NCBI GenBank assembly: GCA_008632985.1
Contig: QPGO01000158.1
Coordinates: forward strand, 62,001-126,000
Source: Psammoneis japonica
Lineage: Eukaryota
Length of the DNA: 64,000 bases
Direction: 5' to 3'
The notes under the pieces were generated by a model that had not been told where the DNA came from, made no database searches, and saw nothing but the letters and a program-made list of their open reading frames with translations. Both the position numbers and the translations under genes were made by a program. Below are positions 1 through 13,965 of this stretch, piece after piece (position 1 is the first letter of the stretch; each line of letters opens with the position of its first letter).

Positions 1-308
1 TCATGAGCTGTTGCCACAGAATTCGCATGTGTTTATGGACTTCTGTTCCTTGCACAAGAATCCCTGTGGGATCAATCGGTCTTTTGCTGCCTCCCTCTGC
101 TTTTGGTACCATCATTTTTGTAGGATCTAAAATTTTCGTTGCCCAATCACAACGCGCTGTGATGAGCACCTGCCCTTCTGATCTTCGGATCATGATGATT
201 CTTCGAAAAGCGTTGAATGCTCTCCCGGTGCCGCTTTTCAAAAAGCTGAGAAAGATTACGGTTCTTACAATATTTTTTCCAGTGGTTTATTTCCACTTTC
301 AAGAAACA

Positions 309-3300
309 ATGTCCAGGTCGTTGCGGTGTGGCCAGGAAGCTCGCTGTGACCGAGAGTCATTGCTAGAGGCAGAAATGGCCAAGCGCGGTTTATGTGGATA
401 TCAATCTTTCCTGTATCGTAGCGAAGAGGCTTGCTGGGGCACGTACGAGGAGAACGAGGCTTTTGAAGACCTTGTGAGTGATTATATGTCGACGGGATAT
501 CCTAGTCTGAAAGAAGTATGCACGGCGTTGGCTCCGCATGTTCGAAAGATAATGCTCATAAAAGCAGATTGTTGGAACGAGGAGGACTCGCGGTGCTTTG
601 AGTTCGCAAGTGGTAAGAGCGACTCACCGACTCTTGATACTCTACGAGAGCTCATTGTGGCAGAAAGAGCTAGGAGGAAAGAGCAAGTGAATGCTTTGGT
701 TGAAGAGCGTGGAATCTCACCGGAGGCACGGGAAAAGTTGGTTCGTTTCACGTATGAGGTTCAGGCCCATGTCAATTCGTTTGTGCGCTACGGCGTTGGC
801 AAAGCAGATTGGCTTGCCAATGGCGTTGCTACTACTGCGCGTCATGTAGAGTTGATGTCATCTTTTAAACGATTCAACTTGAAGGAGCCGCTCATTGAGA
901 TTGGTTTGAACATTCTTTTGCAATGCAACGCAGATTGTTTTTCTGAAGCCTTCAAACGGTCGAATACCGACTGTGATGAAAGGATTGTGGACTACATGCT
1001 ACAGACTCCAACTTGCTCCGTCAGTGCCTGGGAGCTTTCTACTGTCTTCAAAACTGACTGCGTCTCTCGTCAGCAGGGTGTTGATACCATGGCAGCGGAC
1101 CTGTGTCTAGATCTTAATGCGCTTCGGTCAAAGCGTGAGTACTCACAGGAATGGCGAAGCCTCGATACTTATGTGGACAATAACACTGGCGAACCCGCAC
1201 TTATTCTTGCTCAGATTGCGCTGGACCAACGTATGCGGGAACATAAACACCCCCGTTTAAGAGATTTTCTTAAGAGGTTGCCTGCGATGGAAGAGCTCGT
1301 TAAAGAATTTGGACGCGGCGATTCCAGCTCCGTTGAGGACTTAATTCATCAGTTGGTCGTTGATCAGGCGACTCGTCGTAATGACCTTCACGCTGCAGCC
1401 GCATCCGTGCTCGAGACCCGAGATAGAAGGGGCTGCTCTCGCTGGCGCTCATGCGCTGAAAGTGTCCGACCTGGACAAATGCGACTACATTTTATTTGGA
1501 ACAGGAACGTTGGCAGCTGCTTTAGAAGCATTTCTTAGGTCTCTTAGAACCCTCGCACTACGGACCTCTTATTTTGAGGTGTCCTCTCCACGATCCACCT
1601 CATTTAAGTAACGAGAAGGAAACGACCCGCGCTTTAAGGAATTCACCTCGGGATTGAGCTCATATTCCAGTCCACGCGAGCTAGTTGCGTGTTGGCAAGA
1701 ACAAGAACGCCGTCGAACTGACGAGATCGCTGCGCTCACGAGCTTGCAAGCAATGGACGTTGAGGAGTAAGAAAGCGGTGGCTATCTTCCGCGAAGCTAT
1801 GAAGCGTACATTTCGGAAGGAGTTGGTACAGCTGAAGAAGTGGCGCTTGAATTGTCGAAGTGTAGCCGTGAGTGGCTTCTGCGAACCGAGCTTCGGAAAA
1901 CAGACCTAGGCTCTCGCCTTGCATACCGCTACACAGACGAACCGCGTTGCAAAAGCCTTCATTGACGGAGACAGCACGTGGCCTACTGTTGAAGCACTGG
2001 TCGCCGTTCTTGTACAGGATACGCATAATCGCCGTGAAGAATCCGTTCGAGTCTCCCAAGAGTTATCATCGGTACATTTCTCTGACAAGTTCGATTTGGT
2101 AAGAGCACTAGAGGACTATGTCGAGCTTGGCAATGGAAACTTGCCGTGGATATCGGGCGCTATTTCCCATTATGTCGCAAGGGAAGAGATTAAAACAGCC
2201 TTTGGTGAACTTTCTCAGTTGCTACCAAGCACTGATTATTGGAAACTGTTTCGAAATGATTTCGAACGGGGTTGTTCAAATCGCCAGCTCAACTGAGTGT
2301 GGGCAGGCCAGGTGCCTTCTGGTGGAGACTGCGAGGCACAGACAACCATGGTGGTTGTTCCAGACGACCATGATGGTGGTCAACATGAGCAATGGTCGTC
2401 GCTCGTCGCAGCAGCAGTAATTACACTGCAATGCCGGGCGGGGGGAACAAGTCTCTCGCCTTGCGTACCGTTACATTAATGAACCCCGTTGCAAAGCCTT
2501 CATTGATGGAGGCAGCACGTGGCCTACTGCTGAAGCGCTGGTCGCCGTTCTCACACAAGATATGGATATTCGCCGAGAAGAATCTGTTCGAGTCTCCCAA
2601 GAGTTATCATCGGTCCATTTCTCCGCCAAGTACGAGTTGGAACGGGCACTAGAGGACTACGTCGAACTTGGTTATGGAAGCTTGCCGTGGATATCGGGGC
2701 TATTTCCCATTATGTCGCAAGGGAAGATATTAAAACAGCCTTTGGTGGACTTTCTCAGCTGCTACCAAGGACTGATTATTGCATGGTTTGTGGGTGGCGG
2801 GAAGAATGGGCGCCGATGGAAGCTTCAATCTCAAATATTCTTGACGGCATGCTGCACCCTGTGGCTGCCGGTGTGCACAATGAAATCGAAGTAAGAACAG
2901 CGGGAAGGGCCGAGTGTGACTTGACAAAACTGATCCTCGCTGTTGCCGAACCCACGTTTAGCGAGCAAGTCTATGCTGGACTCGTCGCTCAAGGTTGTGA
3001 TAACAGGATTACTTGTCTTCTAGGAGCTCGAAAGGATTGCCCTTGGCAAAATGCTGAAGGAGCAGTAGCTGCGTTGCGCGAAGAACGCGAGGAGAGGATT
3101 CATCATATCGACGAGAAGTTCCCTGAAAATGTTAGCCACTCTGTGTGGCTGCGACCTGTTATTTTTGGAGAAACAGAACAAGATCGAGAGGACCAGATTC
3201 TGCATTCTTCTGGTCCCCGTGCTGATTACATCAATGTCGAGATTTCATTCGAGGAAGATGAAGAGACGCTAAAATCAAGATGGAACGCACAAAGGTGATG

Positions 3301-4042
3301 CGACAAGCTCTTACAGAAGCCGCGTTGCATTCAAAGCTCATGACGAACGACGCACGATGCAAAGATATCGTTGATGCATCTGGCCCAGTCGACCCTACCA
3401 AGCTGCCTTGTCTAATTCCGATTCTCCAGCGCGAGGCTCGAACGTTGTCTTGTCCTTGATAACACCTTTCGTTCCACCGGGGTAATTGACGTTGGCCTTG
3501 GAATTGTCTCGGGCGATGACGAATTGCTTGATGACGAATCGCTCGATGATGAATATTATGAGTACTGCAATGACTTGCGCTCCCTTGATGATCTTTCTTT
3601 GTTTGACGACGAGATCTTTCTTTCTCGTCGCGACGCTGCCATTCTTCGGTTTCCCTTTCTCGATCTCGGTAAAGGGACACCGGAAAATGTCATTCGCGCA
3701 ACTGTCTTGTTCCAGCGGGCTGAGATTCTCAAGAAAGCTCTTAGTCGCCGTTTCACGAAAATGGCGTGGTGATGATATTGAACGTTGGATGCGCGAAAAC
3801 GAGGAGTGCCGCACGTTTGTGTCTCATACCATACTGACTCGGGGCTGCCGTCGAACGAGGAGCTTGCGCACTTTCTTGTGAAGTTATTTGAGCTTCCTTC
3901 TTCAGAACTTGCAAGGGTTCCCAATTCCGATGACTATGATGATGAATTTGGTGGTAATGAATGGAAATATCACTTTTCAGGAGGAGACTACGGAAACGAC
4001 CCAGACACTGATGCGTTGTGGGATAGCTATTGGGACCGTTGA
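309..4042 (+). pseudogene. Frameshifted or fragmented gene for a helical repeat protein of unknown function
   Basis: Chain of same-strand ORFs (3-1538, 1919-2296, 2562/2687-3298, 3524-3772, 3785-4042) sharing a recurring (Y/F)(V/I)xxGxG-like motif (SFVRYGVG, DYILFGTG, DYVELGNG, DYVELGYG). Breaks may be real decay or assembly indels. Confidence 0.45.
1911..2781 (+). repeat. Internal direct duplication of about 330 bp (1911-2241 and 2453-2781)
   Basis: Both copies run from ctctcgccttgc to gctaccaag.actgattattg and encode RREESVRVSQELSSVHFS..LEDYVELG.G.LPWISG. Confidence 0.9.
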
Positions 4043-4697
4043 GGACCACACTGTTTGCAGTTTGCAGGTAGTGTAGAGTTTGATGTTTATAATGTGACCG
4101 TGTTGTAATCTATCTTCTTCACTGTCATAGGAACCATCTTATTGTAAAGCTTCTAAGTCACTTGCCGTCCGATAGCGTTGTTGAGTATAGCGTGTTTCAG
4201 TTGCTCGATCGTGCAATAGCTACTAGCTCTAGAGGCTCTGGTAGAGACGGTCGTTGGACCAACTTGTGCGTGACGACCTATGGTATGCACGAACGAGGGA
4301 GACGAGCGGGATAATGGCTCGGATCCGGAGACCAAAATGTCGATGGAGACAGAGTAACTTTGTGTAGAGAAAGGACTGATGCCTAACCTTGTCATTGTGC
4401 CATATCAAGTTTTCACTACTTCTACCTACTACTCTTCATGGAGGAAGGCCAAAGCCCGAGCTCACGCAAGAAGCAATATTCTCAAAAGTGAAGGCACTAT
4501 TTGAATAATTAAAAACTGTAGACTATCGCCTCTACTGTAGAAGCAACATCAACTGTGCTGCATATACAGAATGTAACCTTGCTTGCTCAAGTCTTGAAAG
4601 AAAAGATAAGAGCGGCAGAAGATATATGCAAAGCCAGTCGATGCGCCAATGAGCGTATCATGATAGAAGCAACGAGCATCTCCATAAGTGAAGCTTT

Positions 4698-5389
4698 TTA
4701 ATTGGATATTTCGATGGCTCGTGGCGCGTCACACGATATACTCTCCTTGCATTCCTCCTCATCTTCTTCTACTTTCTCAAACGACGCTGCCATTTTCAAT
4801 TCGGCTTGGAGTCGTTCTTGCAATTGTGCCGCATCCTGATTCATTTCCTCGCGTACATCTTCTTGTTCCAACCATGCCCACTTTTCCACACGAATCAACC
4901 ACGCCCTAAAGTCCGCCTTGAGTTCATCCGATATGGGAATGTGTTGTAAATTGACGGGAAATTCATAATTCATATCCACCAAATGCCACCAACCACACGC
5001 CTTGCCGTTCAGCGAACATTTTGTAAAACAGGTTGAAAGGCATTCACGACAATTTCCTGATTGTCACTCAGTTCCTTTTGTAATCGACGAGACAATTCGA
5101 CACCCCGAGCATTAAAGTCTTGTAGTTCTTGGAGGGACTCAAAATCAGCGTGGCCAATACCACCGAGTGTGTTCCAATCTCGATATTCGCGCACCCAATC
5201 GTCCGACGGAACAATTTCTTCGGCGAGGGGAGAATCGTCGTCATTGTCTTGCAGCACGACAATGTTGGGAGAAAAGCACTTGAGATCTTTGGAATAGGAT
5301 AAAATGTTGACAGTCTTCATGGTGATGATTTTGTACAATGCGATAACGGGATTGGTGTGTTTTTGTTGTGTGACTTGATCTTCTTCCAT
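4698..5389 (-). CDS. Hypothetical protein, apparent frameshift near 5010
   Basis: Protein-like ORF 5009-5665 (from MEEDQV) continues in another frame as ORF 4698-4982 (..VDMNYEFPVNL..). Confidence 0.5.
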
Positions 5390-5643
5390 GGTGATGGACG
5401 GAATCATCACGTCTCGCTCGCAAAAGGGTTCGGTTTTTGGCTTTTCGGCCAATAAGAAATTGAGTTCGTAAACCACGAACACCGTTAAAATTATAACCCG
5501 GAGATTGGAACCGATGCACGTCACGGACGGGTGACGACCGCCGGAAGCCGCTTTTACGTAGCTGTGGTACAAAATTGCCGTAGAAACGCATCCACCGACG
5601 ACAAAACGAACGACACTGCAAACATACCGTTTTGTGTGCAACC

Positions 5644-7584
5644 ATGGCGCTCCGTGTTGCTGCAAATCAGGTGAGACGAATCAAATGTGGGGTGGAGAGG
5701 AAGTGTATAATACTGAGTACAAGAGCTGTACCGAGATATGGATCAAACAAGGTCTTGCCAGCTGCATGGGAGTTGTTGATACAATCATCGTTTCATGCAG
5801 AGAACCGGCCCAGTACCCAATAATATCACTCGGCTTGTTGTTCTCGATGCTGCTGTTTTGCTTTCTCTTCGCATATGATTGATTGACTGTTTCTCACTCA
5901 CATCTCTGCAATCTCTCGTAAAAAACCCCAAAAATCGAACTATAGCTCGGTCGCAAGAGCGCCGGATTGTTGCTGACCCGCAGATCCTTTGCTTCGGCTG
6001 CGGCTGTCGAATCCTTTCCCGACTATGTCTTGCGTGCTCCCTCGACCGATGTGACAACCTTGGATTCGGGCTTGAGGGTGGCTTCGGAAACGGTTGTCGG
6101 AAGTGAAACGGCAACGGTGGGCGTGTGGATTGATGCCGGGTCGCGTTATGAAACCCAAGACAATAACGGTGCGGCACACTTTTTGGAACACATGGCTTTC
6201 AAGGGGACCTCCAAACGAACGCAACAACAACTCGAGGTGGAAATTGAAAACATGGGTGGGCATTTGTAAGTATGCTATGATTGTTGTTGTATGGTATGAT
6301 GGTTTGGAGTAGTAGTTGTTGTTGAATAGATGTGTTGATTAGGATGTTTGCTCACGTCAAAACTCCACATCCTCCAATCCCATTCAATCAGGAACGCTTA
6401 CACATCCCGCGAACAGACTGTGTACTTTGCCAAGGTATTCAAGAACGACGTGGGCCGGGCTGTTGAGATTTTGAGTGATATCCTACTCCACTCCAAGCTC
6501 GACGAGGCCGCGATTGAACGGGAACGGGACGTGATTTTGCGAGAAATGTCGGAAGTCAACAAGCAGCACGAAGAACTCGTGTTGGATCACTTGCATTCGA
6601 CCGCCTTTCAGGGAACCGGACTCGGAAGGACCATTCTCGGTCCACAAGAAAATATCCGATCTCTTCAAAAGTCGGATCTGGCCGAGTACATTTCCACTCA
6701 CTACACAGCGCCGCGAATGGTGATTGCCGGAGCGGGAGCGATCAATCATGATGAATTGTGCGGATTGGCTGGAAAGCATTTTGGAAGTCTGCCGACGGCG
6801 CCCAAGAATGGAGTCGAAGTGGCCATGGATCCAGCTGTCTTTACAGGAAGTGATATTCGGTGAGTACTTTTGATTTCGTTTGGTTGTTGTTGGTATTGAT
6901 TGATAACTTTGTGAGCGTGTATACTAACAACACATGCCACCGCTCTCCACCACACGACCACTCTTCAGCGTGAGGTTTGACTCGGAGGACGTGGCTCACA
7001 TTGCCTTTGCCTTTGAGGGTGCCTCGTGGACATCGGAATATGCCTTTCCTCTCATGCTGATGCAAACCATGTTGGGATCGTACGACCGCGCTGCCGGTTT
7101 TGGCAGGAATGTTGCCTCCCAAATGTGCCAATCGGTGGCACAGCACGAGTTGGCTCACTCCATCTCTACTTTCAACACGTGCTACAAGGACACGGGTCTG
7201 TTTGGCATTTATGCTGTTGCTCCCGACAACAAGCTGGACGATCTCATGTGGCACGTGATGAATTCTCTTGTCCGCCTCGTGCACAGCCCGTCGGATGAAG
7301 AAGTGGAACGCGCCAAGGTCAACCTCAAGGCTACCATGTTGATGGGATTGGATGGACATTCCAATGTCGCCGAAGACATTGGACGGCAATTGCTCACGTA
7401 TGGACGTCGCATGACTCCGGCCGAAATGTTTTCGCGTATTGATTCCATTTCGACGGCCGACATCAAGGCAACGGCTGCCAAATTCATCAATGATCAAGAC
7501 CATGCTCTTGCGGCTGTTGGTGGAATTCATGAACTTCCCGACTATAACTGGATCCGTCGCCATTCGTACTGGCTCCGTTATTAG
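5644..7584 (+). CDS. MPPB: Mitochondrial processing peptidase beta subunit (M16B), 4 exons: 5644-5670, 5946-6265, 6392-6859, 6969-7584
   Basis: Inverted zinc motif HFLEH in [27 protein letters not shown]-terminal [25 protein letters not shown] introns restore the frame. Confidence 0.95.
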
Positions 7585-8083
7585 AGTGGAAGTGACATGA
7601 TGTGAACGAGCGGTTTACTAGTATTGAGCATAATGATAGTAGTACAGCGATTTGTGCTTACTACGGTTTTGTTTGATTTGGTGTCGAGTGTGTTGAACTA
7701 GCAAGATAGGTAGCATGAGTTTGCATGTGTAGGATGAGACTGGTGTGTAACAAGATGAGTAGGTACACTACTTCACTAATGCCTAACCACCAGCAGAGAC
7801 GTACTTGGCTCGTGCCGGAGACTTCATCCAACTGCAACTGCTTCGTTCTATTATGGTCTTGCAAATGACGCGTGAGAAAGACAAGAGGTGATTGACTCCT
7901 CGAAATACCTTGCTTTGAACTACAGTACAGCACATAGTTGTTCAGCTTTTGGTCTTGAGTGCGTAATCAACTAGAGTAGTGGTTTTGTATTATTTATGTG
8001 TATGAGACTGCGGCAAAAGAGGAAATAAGGATGATAACCGCAGCAGAGATGAGCGTCAGCTGATGTTGTCGATTACTCTTTTT

Positions 8084-9046
8084 CTAACGATCACATGCGT
8101 AATCGAGCTGACTCAAAATAAGCGCGGAAATGAGTCCATACAGTCCCAGGTTTCCCGCAAAGACTTGAATCAGCACTGTACCAACAAAGAGCGCATCACC
8201 ACTAGAATTGACTTGTCCACCGGCATCGCCGGTAAATCCCATCTTTTTCCACGACGCCGCCATGGCCGATTGCGCTCCAACCGCCCTCGTGCCCGCGTCT
8301 GCCGATATTCCAATTGCCAGTCCCGATGCCAAACTGCACAGTCCGCAGCACAAACCGGCTGCCAAATGGGCAAATCCTGAAAATTGCGAGTACGTGGCGT
8401 ATCCCTCTTGAGTGGGATTGAGTACCTTTCCATTGAGAATGACTGCTACAATCAAACCGTAAATACCAAGCACACCCGCCATGACAACGGGAATAATGTT
8501 CTTCATCAGGAGTTCGGGAGCTCTAATTCCCATTGCTAGAATGCCTTGACCGGCTTTGGCGGTTCCATATGCTCCGCCAAGGTCTATGCATTGATAGTAG
8601 AGCGATATCATCGTAATTGAATACAAACGAGTCGACAAAGAGAGGAACAACGAGAATAAATAAGAATTAGCACGACCAAGTACGGCAAAGCCAATGATGC
8701 GGTATTTTTGCATGAAAAACGATTTTGAAAGACGCTGCTGCAACAACAATTGCACAAGTTGCATAAACATGACGACTGATGCATTGTATGGATGTTTTGT
8801 GGTGGCAATGACGATGCTTTTCAGCGGCTCGTTTGTCATGGCCTGCTTTCTCTCTTCAGCGTAGAACTTGTACTAGATTGTACGTGAGAATCACAAACGG
8901 CCATCATGCCGCCTAACGGTATTTTTGTGCTTGTTGCAAGACGACTACTTACTGGCCAAGGTTACCGCAAATGCACATCCCGCAAAACCAAGAAATGGTG
9001 CCCATGATGGACAAACATACGATACATTGCCATTGTCATCACCCAT
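8084..9046 (-). CDS. V-type H+-ATPase proteolipid subunit c, exons 9046-8953 and 8583-8084
   Basis: [70 protein letters not shown]. Confidence 0.92.
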
Positions 9047-9506
9047 TATGTAGACTTGTGTTTGTTGTTGCTTGTTGAATGATGACAATCACACAACCAA
9101 CGAGAGCGGGCGATGACGAGCGCGACACGAAAAACGTGTGAAATTGTGGGTGTTCGCCAACTTTTTTCAAAACGACAGATTATGCTCACTTTGGTGATAG
9201 TGACTTCTTGGAATCCAATGACGATTGAATTGTATACAGATTGGTAGTATTTATGATGAGGATGTATCGAAACGTTGATGTCACGCACGCGAAAAGTGCG
9301 CTTTGAACGTGAGGTCCGAGCTCCCAAAAAGCCAGTTGAAGTCTGACTCAAGCAGATGGAAGATTTTCCAAGATGCCGCCGACGAAGCGAGGAACGAGAA
9401 AAAGCAGCTGCGCTGCAACTTGTTTGCGTTGACAATGACGAGAAACGACATGTTAGCAACGACAGAGACCGTCGAAATGAATGGGAATCAACCATGTCGA
9501 ACTTCC

Positions 9507-12171
9507 ATGCAAAAAAGAGGATGGATCAGACCTGCTAATAGCAGGCTGGTCCTTGTGATTCTCGCAATGTGTTTGATCTCTCCAGCCTCATCTTTTGTAG
9601 TGCCACCAGCGCTGAAGCAATCGTGTTGTGCTCCACCCTGTACTGTATATATGAGCAGCACCATGGAACCCGAAACCAAAGTCAAAAAAGAACAATCGAC
9701 TTCTGCGCGTTTGACAAAAGCAAAACAATTGTTGCAAATCTTGACTGCAGATCCAGAAGACGAACTCGTGTTTCAAGCCAACAAACCGCCAACTTCTTCT
9801 TCTTCCAAGAACTCGAGCAGTATCGTTCCTGATTCTTATTGGTCCAATGGCCATTTACAAGAACAAGCCGGTAGTTATGTAACTCGTTGGGCACAAGGCG
9901 TCATGGTGGCGGAACCGCTGGTAAGGTATGATCCCGTCAAGGCGGAGAAACTCTTGTTTCGACAACCTACAAAGTGGTTGGTGCGCAATGGTACGTACTT
10001 GAAAAAGAGTCAATCACTGCTCCGCGGTGATGATGTATGCACCTGCAGTATGTATATGATAACACACACTCACCCTCACATATTTCTTTTTGTAGTGCAA
10101 ATCGCCTTTCCCTTTGGAACGTGGGCGTTTGGAGTGGTGACGGATTATTTAATGGGAAAATCCAAAGCCAATCGACGAAACCGTGCCAAACAACTCCTAA
10201 AAGCCGTGTCGGGATTGGGACCCGCAATCATCAAGGGAGGACAAGCACTCGCGTCTCGACCCGACTTGTTGCCGTCCGAGTATTTGGAAGAATTGCAAAA
10301 GTTGCAAGATGATGTGCCGCGTTTTTCAAATGATCTCGCATTTCAGACTGTCGAAAAGGAATTGGGACAAAAGTTTGACGATGTGTTTGAATTGGTCGAG
10401 ACGGAACCCATTGCGGCTGCCTCCATTGGACAAGTCTACAAGGCGCGGCTCATTTCCAATGGCGATACGGTCGCTCTCAAGATTCAAAGACCCAATTGTG
10501 AAGAAATCATTGCGCTAGACTTGTATGTGTTGCGGTGGTGGTCTGGAGTGTACAATCGAATCTTTCAATTGCTCAATCGAGACATTAACGTGCAATCCAT
10601 TATTGACGACTTTGGTGAACTCATTTACCGAGAGATTGACTACGTGGCGGAAGCTGCCAATGCTCAGCGGTTTTCCGAACTGTACGCGGGTATCACGGAT
10701 ATCTTTGTTCCAAAGATTTACTCCGATTTGACCACGTCCAAGGTTATTACCATGGAGTGGGTGGATGGCTTTCGATTGACAGATAGCGAGAGTCTTGAGC
10801 AATATGGACTAGACAGAAAGAAACTCGTTGACTCGTTGGTGCAATGTTCTCTTCGACAGATTCTCGAGAATGGTACCTTTCATGCAGATCCACACGCAGT
10901 TGAGTACATTATCATATTGTATGAGCGCCCTTTTTGATTCATCATTCTCACGTGATTTTAACTTTGTTGTAGGGGAACTTGTTGGCGTGTGAGGATGGAC
11001 GATTGTGTTATCTCGATTTTGGAATGATGAGCTACGCAAACGCGTCTCAGCGAAATGGATTCTTACTTGCTGTCGTTCACATTGTTAATCGCGACTGGAG
11101 TGAGCTGGTACGGTTGTATCAAAAACTTGGATTCATACCCGAGGGAACCGACCTACGTCCCATTGAGGTGGCGTTGGAAAAGGCATTGCCCGATGTCCTG
11201 AATGCGGAAATTTCGGAACTCAATTTCAAGAATGTTGTCAACAAACTCGGAGACATCATGTACACGTATCCCTTTTCCTTGCCACCGTTTTACATTGCCA
11301 TTATTCGGTGCTTGGGTGTGTTGGAGGGGCTAGCGATTCAAGTGGATCCTACATCCCGCATCATTAGCAAAGCTTATCCGTACGTGGCAAGTCGGGTGTT
11401 GACGGATTCTCAGAGTGAACTCAAAGAAGCCTTGCGACGATTGGCACTTACCAGTGATGGTCATGTACGATGGGAGCGTTTGGAGGGCCTTCTGGAAGAG
11501 GCGAAGGAGTCTCAAGGGTAAGCACATTTCGTCTTGGGTTCATCGAGTAGTTTATGTCTTGTTGGATCACCTCAGCATCTGTTCTTTCTGTCTGTAGGTA
11601 TGATGTCTCGGCAGCTTTGGATCAGTTGACAGACTATTTGATATCCGATGATGGAGAGCAGCTCTTATCAGATCTTTCAAAACAAATTGTAGAAGGAGCG
11701 GATAGCCTCGGATCTGAATCAGTGCAGTACTTGTTTGACGCCTCTCGAGCACTTGCCATCAATGACGAGGTTGCTGCCGTCCGAGCATTTCGGTCTCTTC
11801 AAAATCTCGTGGAACGTCAGACCAACGAGGGGATAGACGCTAGGGAACAAATCCGGGAGGGACTGCAAGAAGCATTGCCGCCCTTGACACCCTCCATGGA
11901 ACGCTTTTGGCGCATCATGACCCTGATTGGAGGTCAGCAACAATCGTCTGACGAAGGCGATAGGAAATCATCCACGGACCCTTCAAAGTTTGTTCCGATC
12001 CTTCGAAAGTTAGGGCAAGAGCCCCGTGTACAGCGAACGGCAAACGAGATTGTTGCACGAATTGGTGAGCGTGCCCTGGCACGAGGTTTGCGAGCGGCAT
12101 TTGGGTTGCCGCCTCCCGTGTTTGACGGCTCGATGGGTAGTGAATCGACAGTCACTGAGAGCTTTGAATAG
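9507..12171 (+). CDS. ABC1/UbiB-family atypical kinase, probably plastid-targeted. Introns at about 9990-10094, 10898-10971 and 11518-11597; start may be 9435.
   Basis: LGPAIIKGGQ, AAASIGQVY, VALKIQRP, FHADPH, YLDFGMM; signal peptide followed by ASSFVV. Confidence 0.92.
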
Positions 12172-12425
12172 AGCAGTTCTCGTATGCGCAACTTAACCAA
12201 ATTGGAGCATGCTTGATAAAACCACAACTTGTAGGAATTGATCAGATGCTTGAGGAAGGAGGAGATGCGGTATCAACAATATTCTGCCTGGGCAACTGTC
12301 GGATACGGGACGCAGGAGATAGCAAACACAAACGTAGTCAAGTTCCGCAGTTCTAGATGAAACTACCATAATCCGTCTTTCTAAATTGATACTATCTGTG
12401 GGATCAACTACGGGTAACTGTTCTC

Positions 12426-12775
12426 CTAAGAGACAGTCGCGGAAGTCTTCTGGCCATTGCTATCACCTATTTCCTTCCCTGAGGAGTCTTCAAGGTTGAC
12501 TCCCGACTGATCTTGCTCGATGTCGTACGGCACATTTTCGGTACTGTACACCGCTGTTGCGATGCGCCTCCGTTTCATCACAACCCAAGCACTGACAAAA
12601 ATCATGGCGCACAGCATCTGCACCATTAGGATCACAAGGATGGAAAATGTTTCAAATTGGTTTACACCACGAGCAACTGGAATTCCTACTCCTAGTGCCA
12701 AGGTTCCAAAACCAATGACGAGAGCAAGTAGAAATACACCAGGCCTCTTTTCCAGTCGATGAACCATCCTCCCAC
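12426..12775 (-). pseudogene. C-terminal membrane fragment of a phoD-like paralog
   Basis: LALVIGFGTLALGVGIPVARGVNQFETFSILVILMVQM closely matches the C-terminus of ORF 20219-22021. Confidence 0.85.
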
Positions 12776-12784
12776 ACCTTGGTA

Positions 12785-13760
12785 AAATTTACATCAAGTT
12801 TTGTTGTGAGAGGGCATCTGAGAATTTGATCATGGCCCTCCATGTGACATTGACAATGAGTGCAACAGCAACCAGGGCAGGTGGGATTGCAGCTGAGGAC
12901 TGTCTTGTTGGTGGGTGGCAAGTCCTCAACCAACTCACATGGACTTTGCTGTGCATGTTGTGAGACATCAAATTTTGTCACACCTGCCTGTCAATGGCTT
13001 TGAGTGCCCGATCTGACCACTTGTGCTTTTCCTGCACACTCTGTCAAAGAGGGGGTGGGGCAAACTCAAAGAGCTTCACACCGCAGGGCTGACTCACATT
13101 TTGAAGCAACCAACAACAATCCCTGGGCTTCCAAATTTGTAAAGCAGAGCGGCATGTGTGGCACCAGCAAGGTGTGAAAAGAGTTGCTGGGCAAACTGTT
13201 GCCCTGATGGCCCTTTGTTCAATGTTGTGCTGCAACTGAGATGCTGGGCATGCACTCAGTCAAAAAATCTCATGTCTGTTGGAGGGAGAAAAGCACTTGT
13301 TCATGTGGAAGAGCACCCAACTCCTCCAGGCAAAGCATGCAAGCAATGATGTGACATTAGAAGAAATCTGCTCCAGGATGCAGGAAGTCCTCCTTGTCAG
13401 TTGGCAGAGGAGAATGGTGCTGAGATTAGGAGGAGCTGTCACAATGCAGATCAACTCCAACCAAGAACACAAGCTGACAAAAATCCATCAGTCAGAAAAG
13501 ACAGCAAAAGGAAGAGAAAGGGGGGCACAGGCTTTTGTGCAGTGCAAAGACGGCTCTGAAACTCAAACACTGGACCAGTGCAATCTGCCAGTGGGGCACT
13601 GTCAACCAAGAGAGTCCATCCAAACATGTTGTTGAATTCCACAATGAAGCCATCACTGTCAACCACATTGCAGAAGAAAAGGTGCAAGCATTTGGCAATT
13701 TCAAACACTGAGACATGCAGTGCAGGATGATCAGACAGAGATGATTCCCACTTGGGCAAC
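12785..13760. repeat. About 970 bp dispersed repeat, copy 1 (direct repeat of 18100-19100), TpA/CpG-depleted
   Basis: Shared tracts such as gagagggcatctgagaatttgatcatggccctccatgtgacattgacaatgagtgcaacagcaacc and gcactcagtcaaaaaatctcatgtctgttggaggg. Confidence 0.9.
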
Positions 13761-13965
13761 AAGCCACTGCTGAAATTCGAAAGTTGAAGCATTTTCCCTC
13801 CAAACCTGGTGCAGAAAATGACCCACATCTCAGGGTAGAATTTCCATTTGAAAGTCCATGATGACACAAAGTTCCAGCTCTTAAACCAGTCGCATCCAGC
13901 GTTTGAACGAGTGAAGAAGCAGATGTGCCAGATGCTGTCTCTTGTCGACACGCCTGATTCAAAGG
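13745..13965 (-). pseudogene. Mutated N-terminal-domain fragment of the phoD-like paralog
   Basis: LVQTLDATGLRAGTLCHHGLSNGNST..GSFSAPGLEG vs intact LVQTLDATGLDAETMYYYGLSNGDST..GSFSTPGLEG. Confidence 0.85.

Noticed and set aside
6841..7563. Long antisense ORFs (also 25294-25944, 39192-39914, 20405-21028)
   Set aside because: Shadow frames of well-supported genes on the opposite strand.
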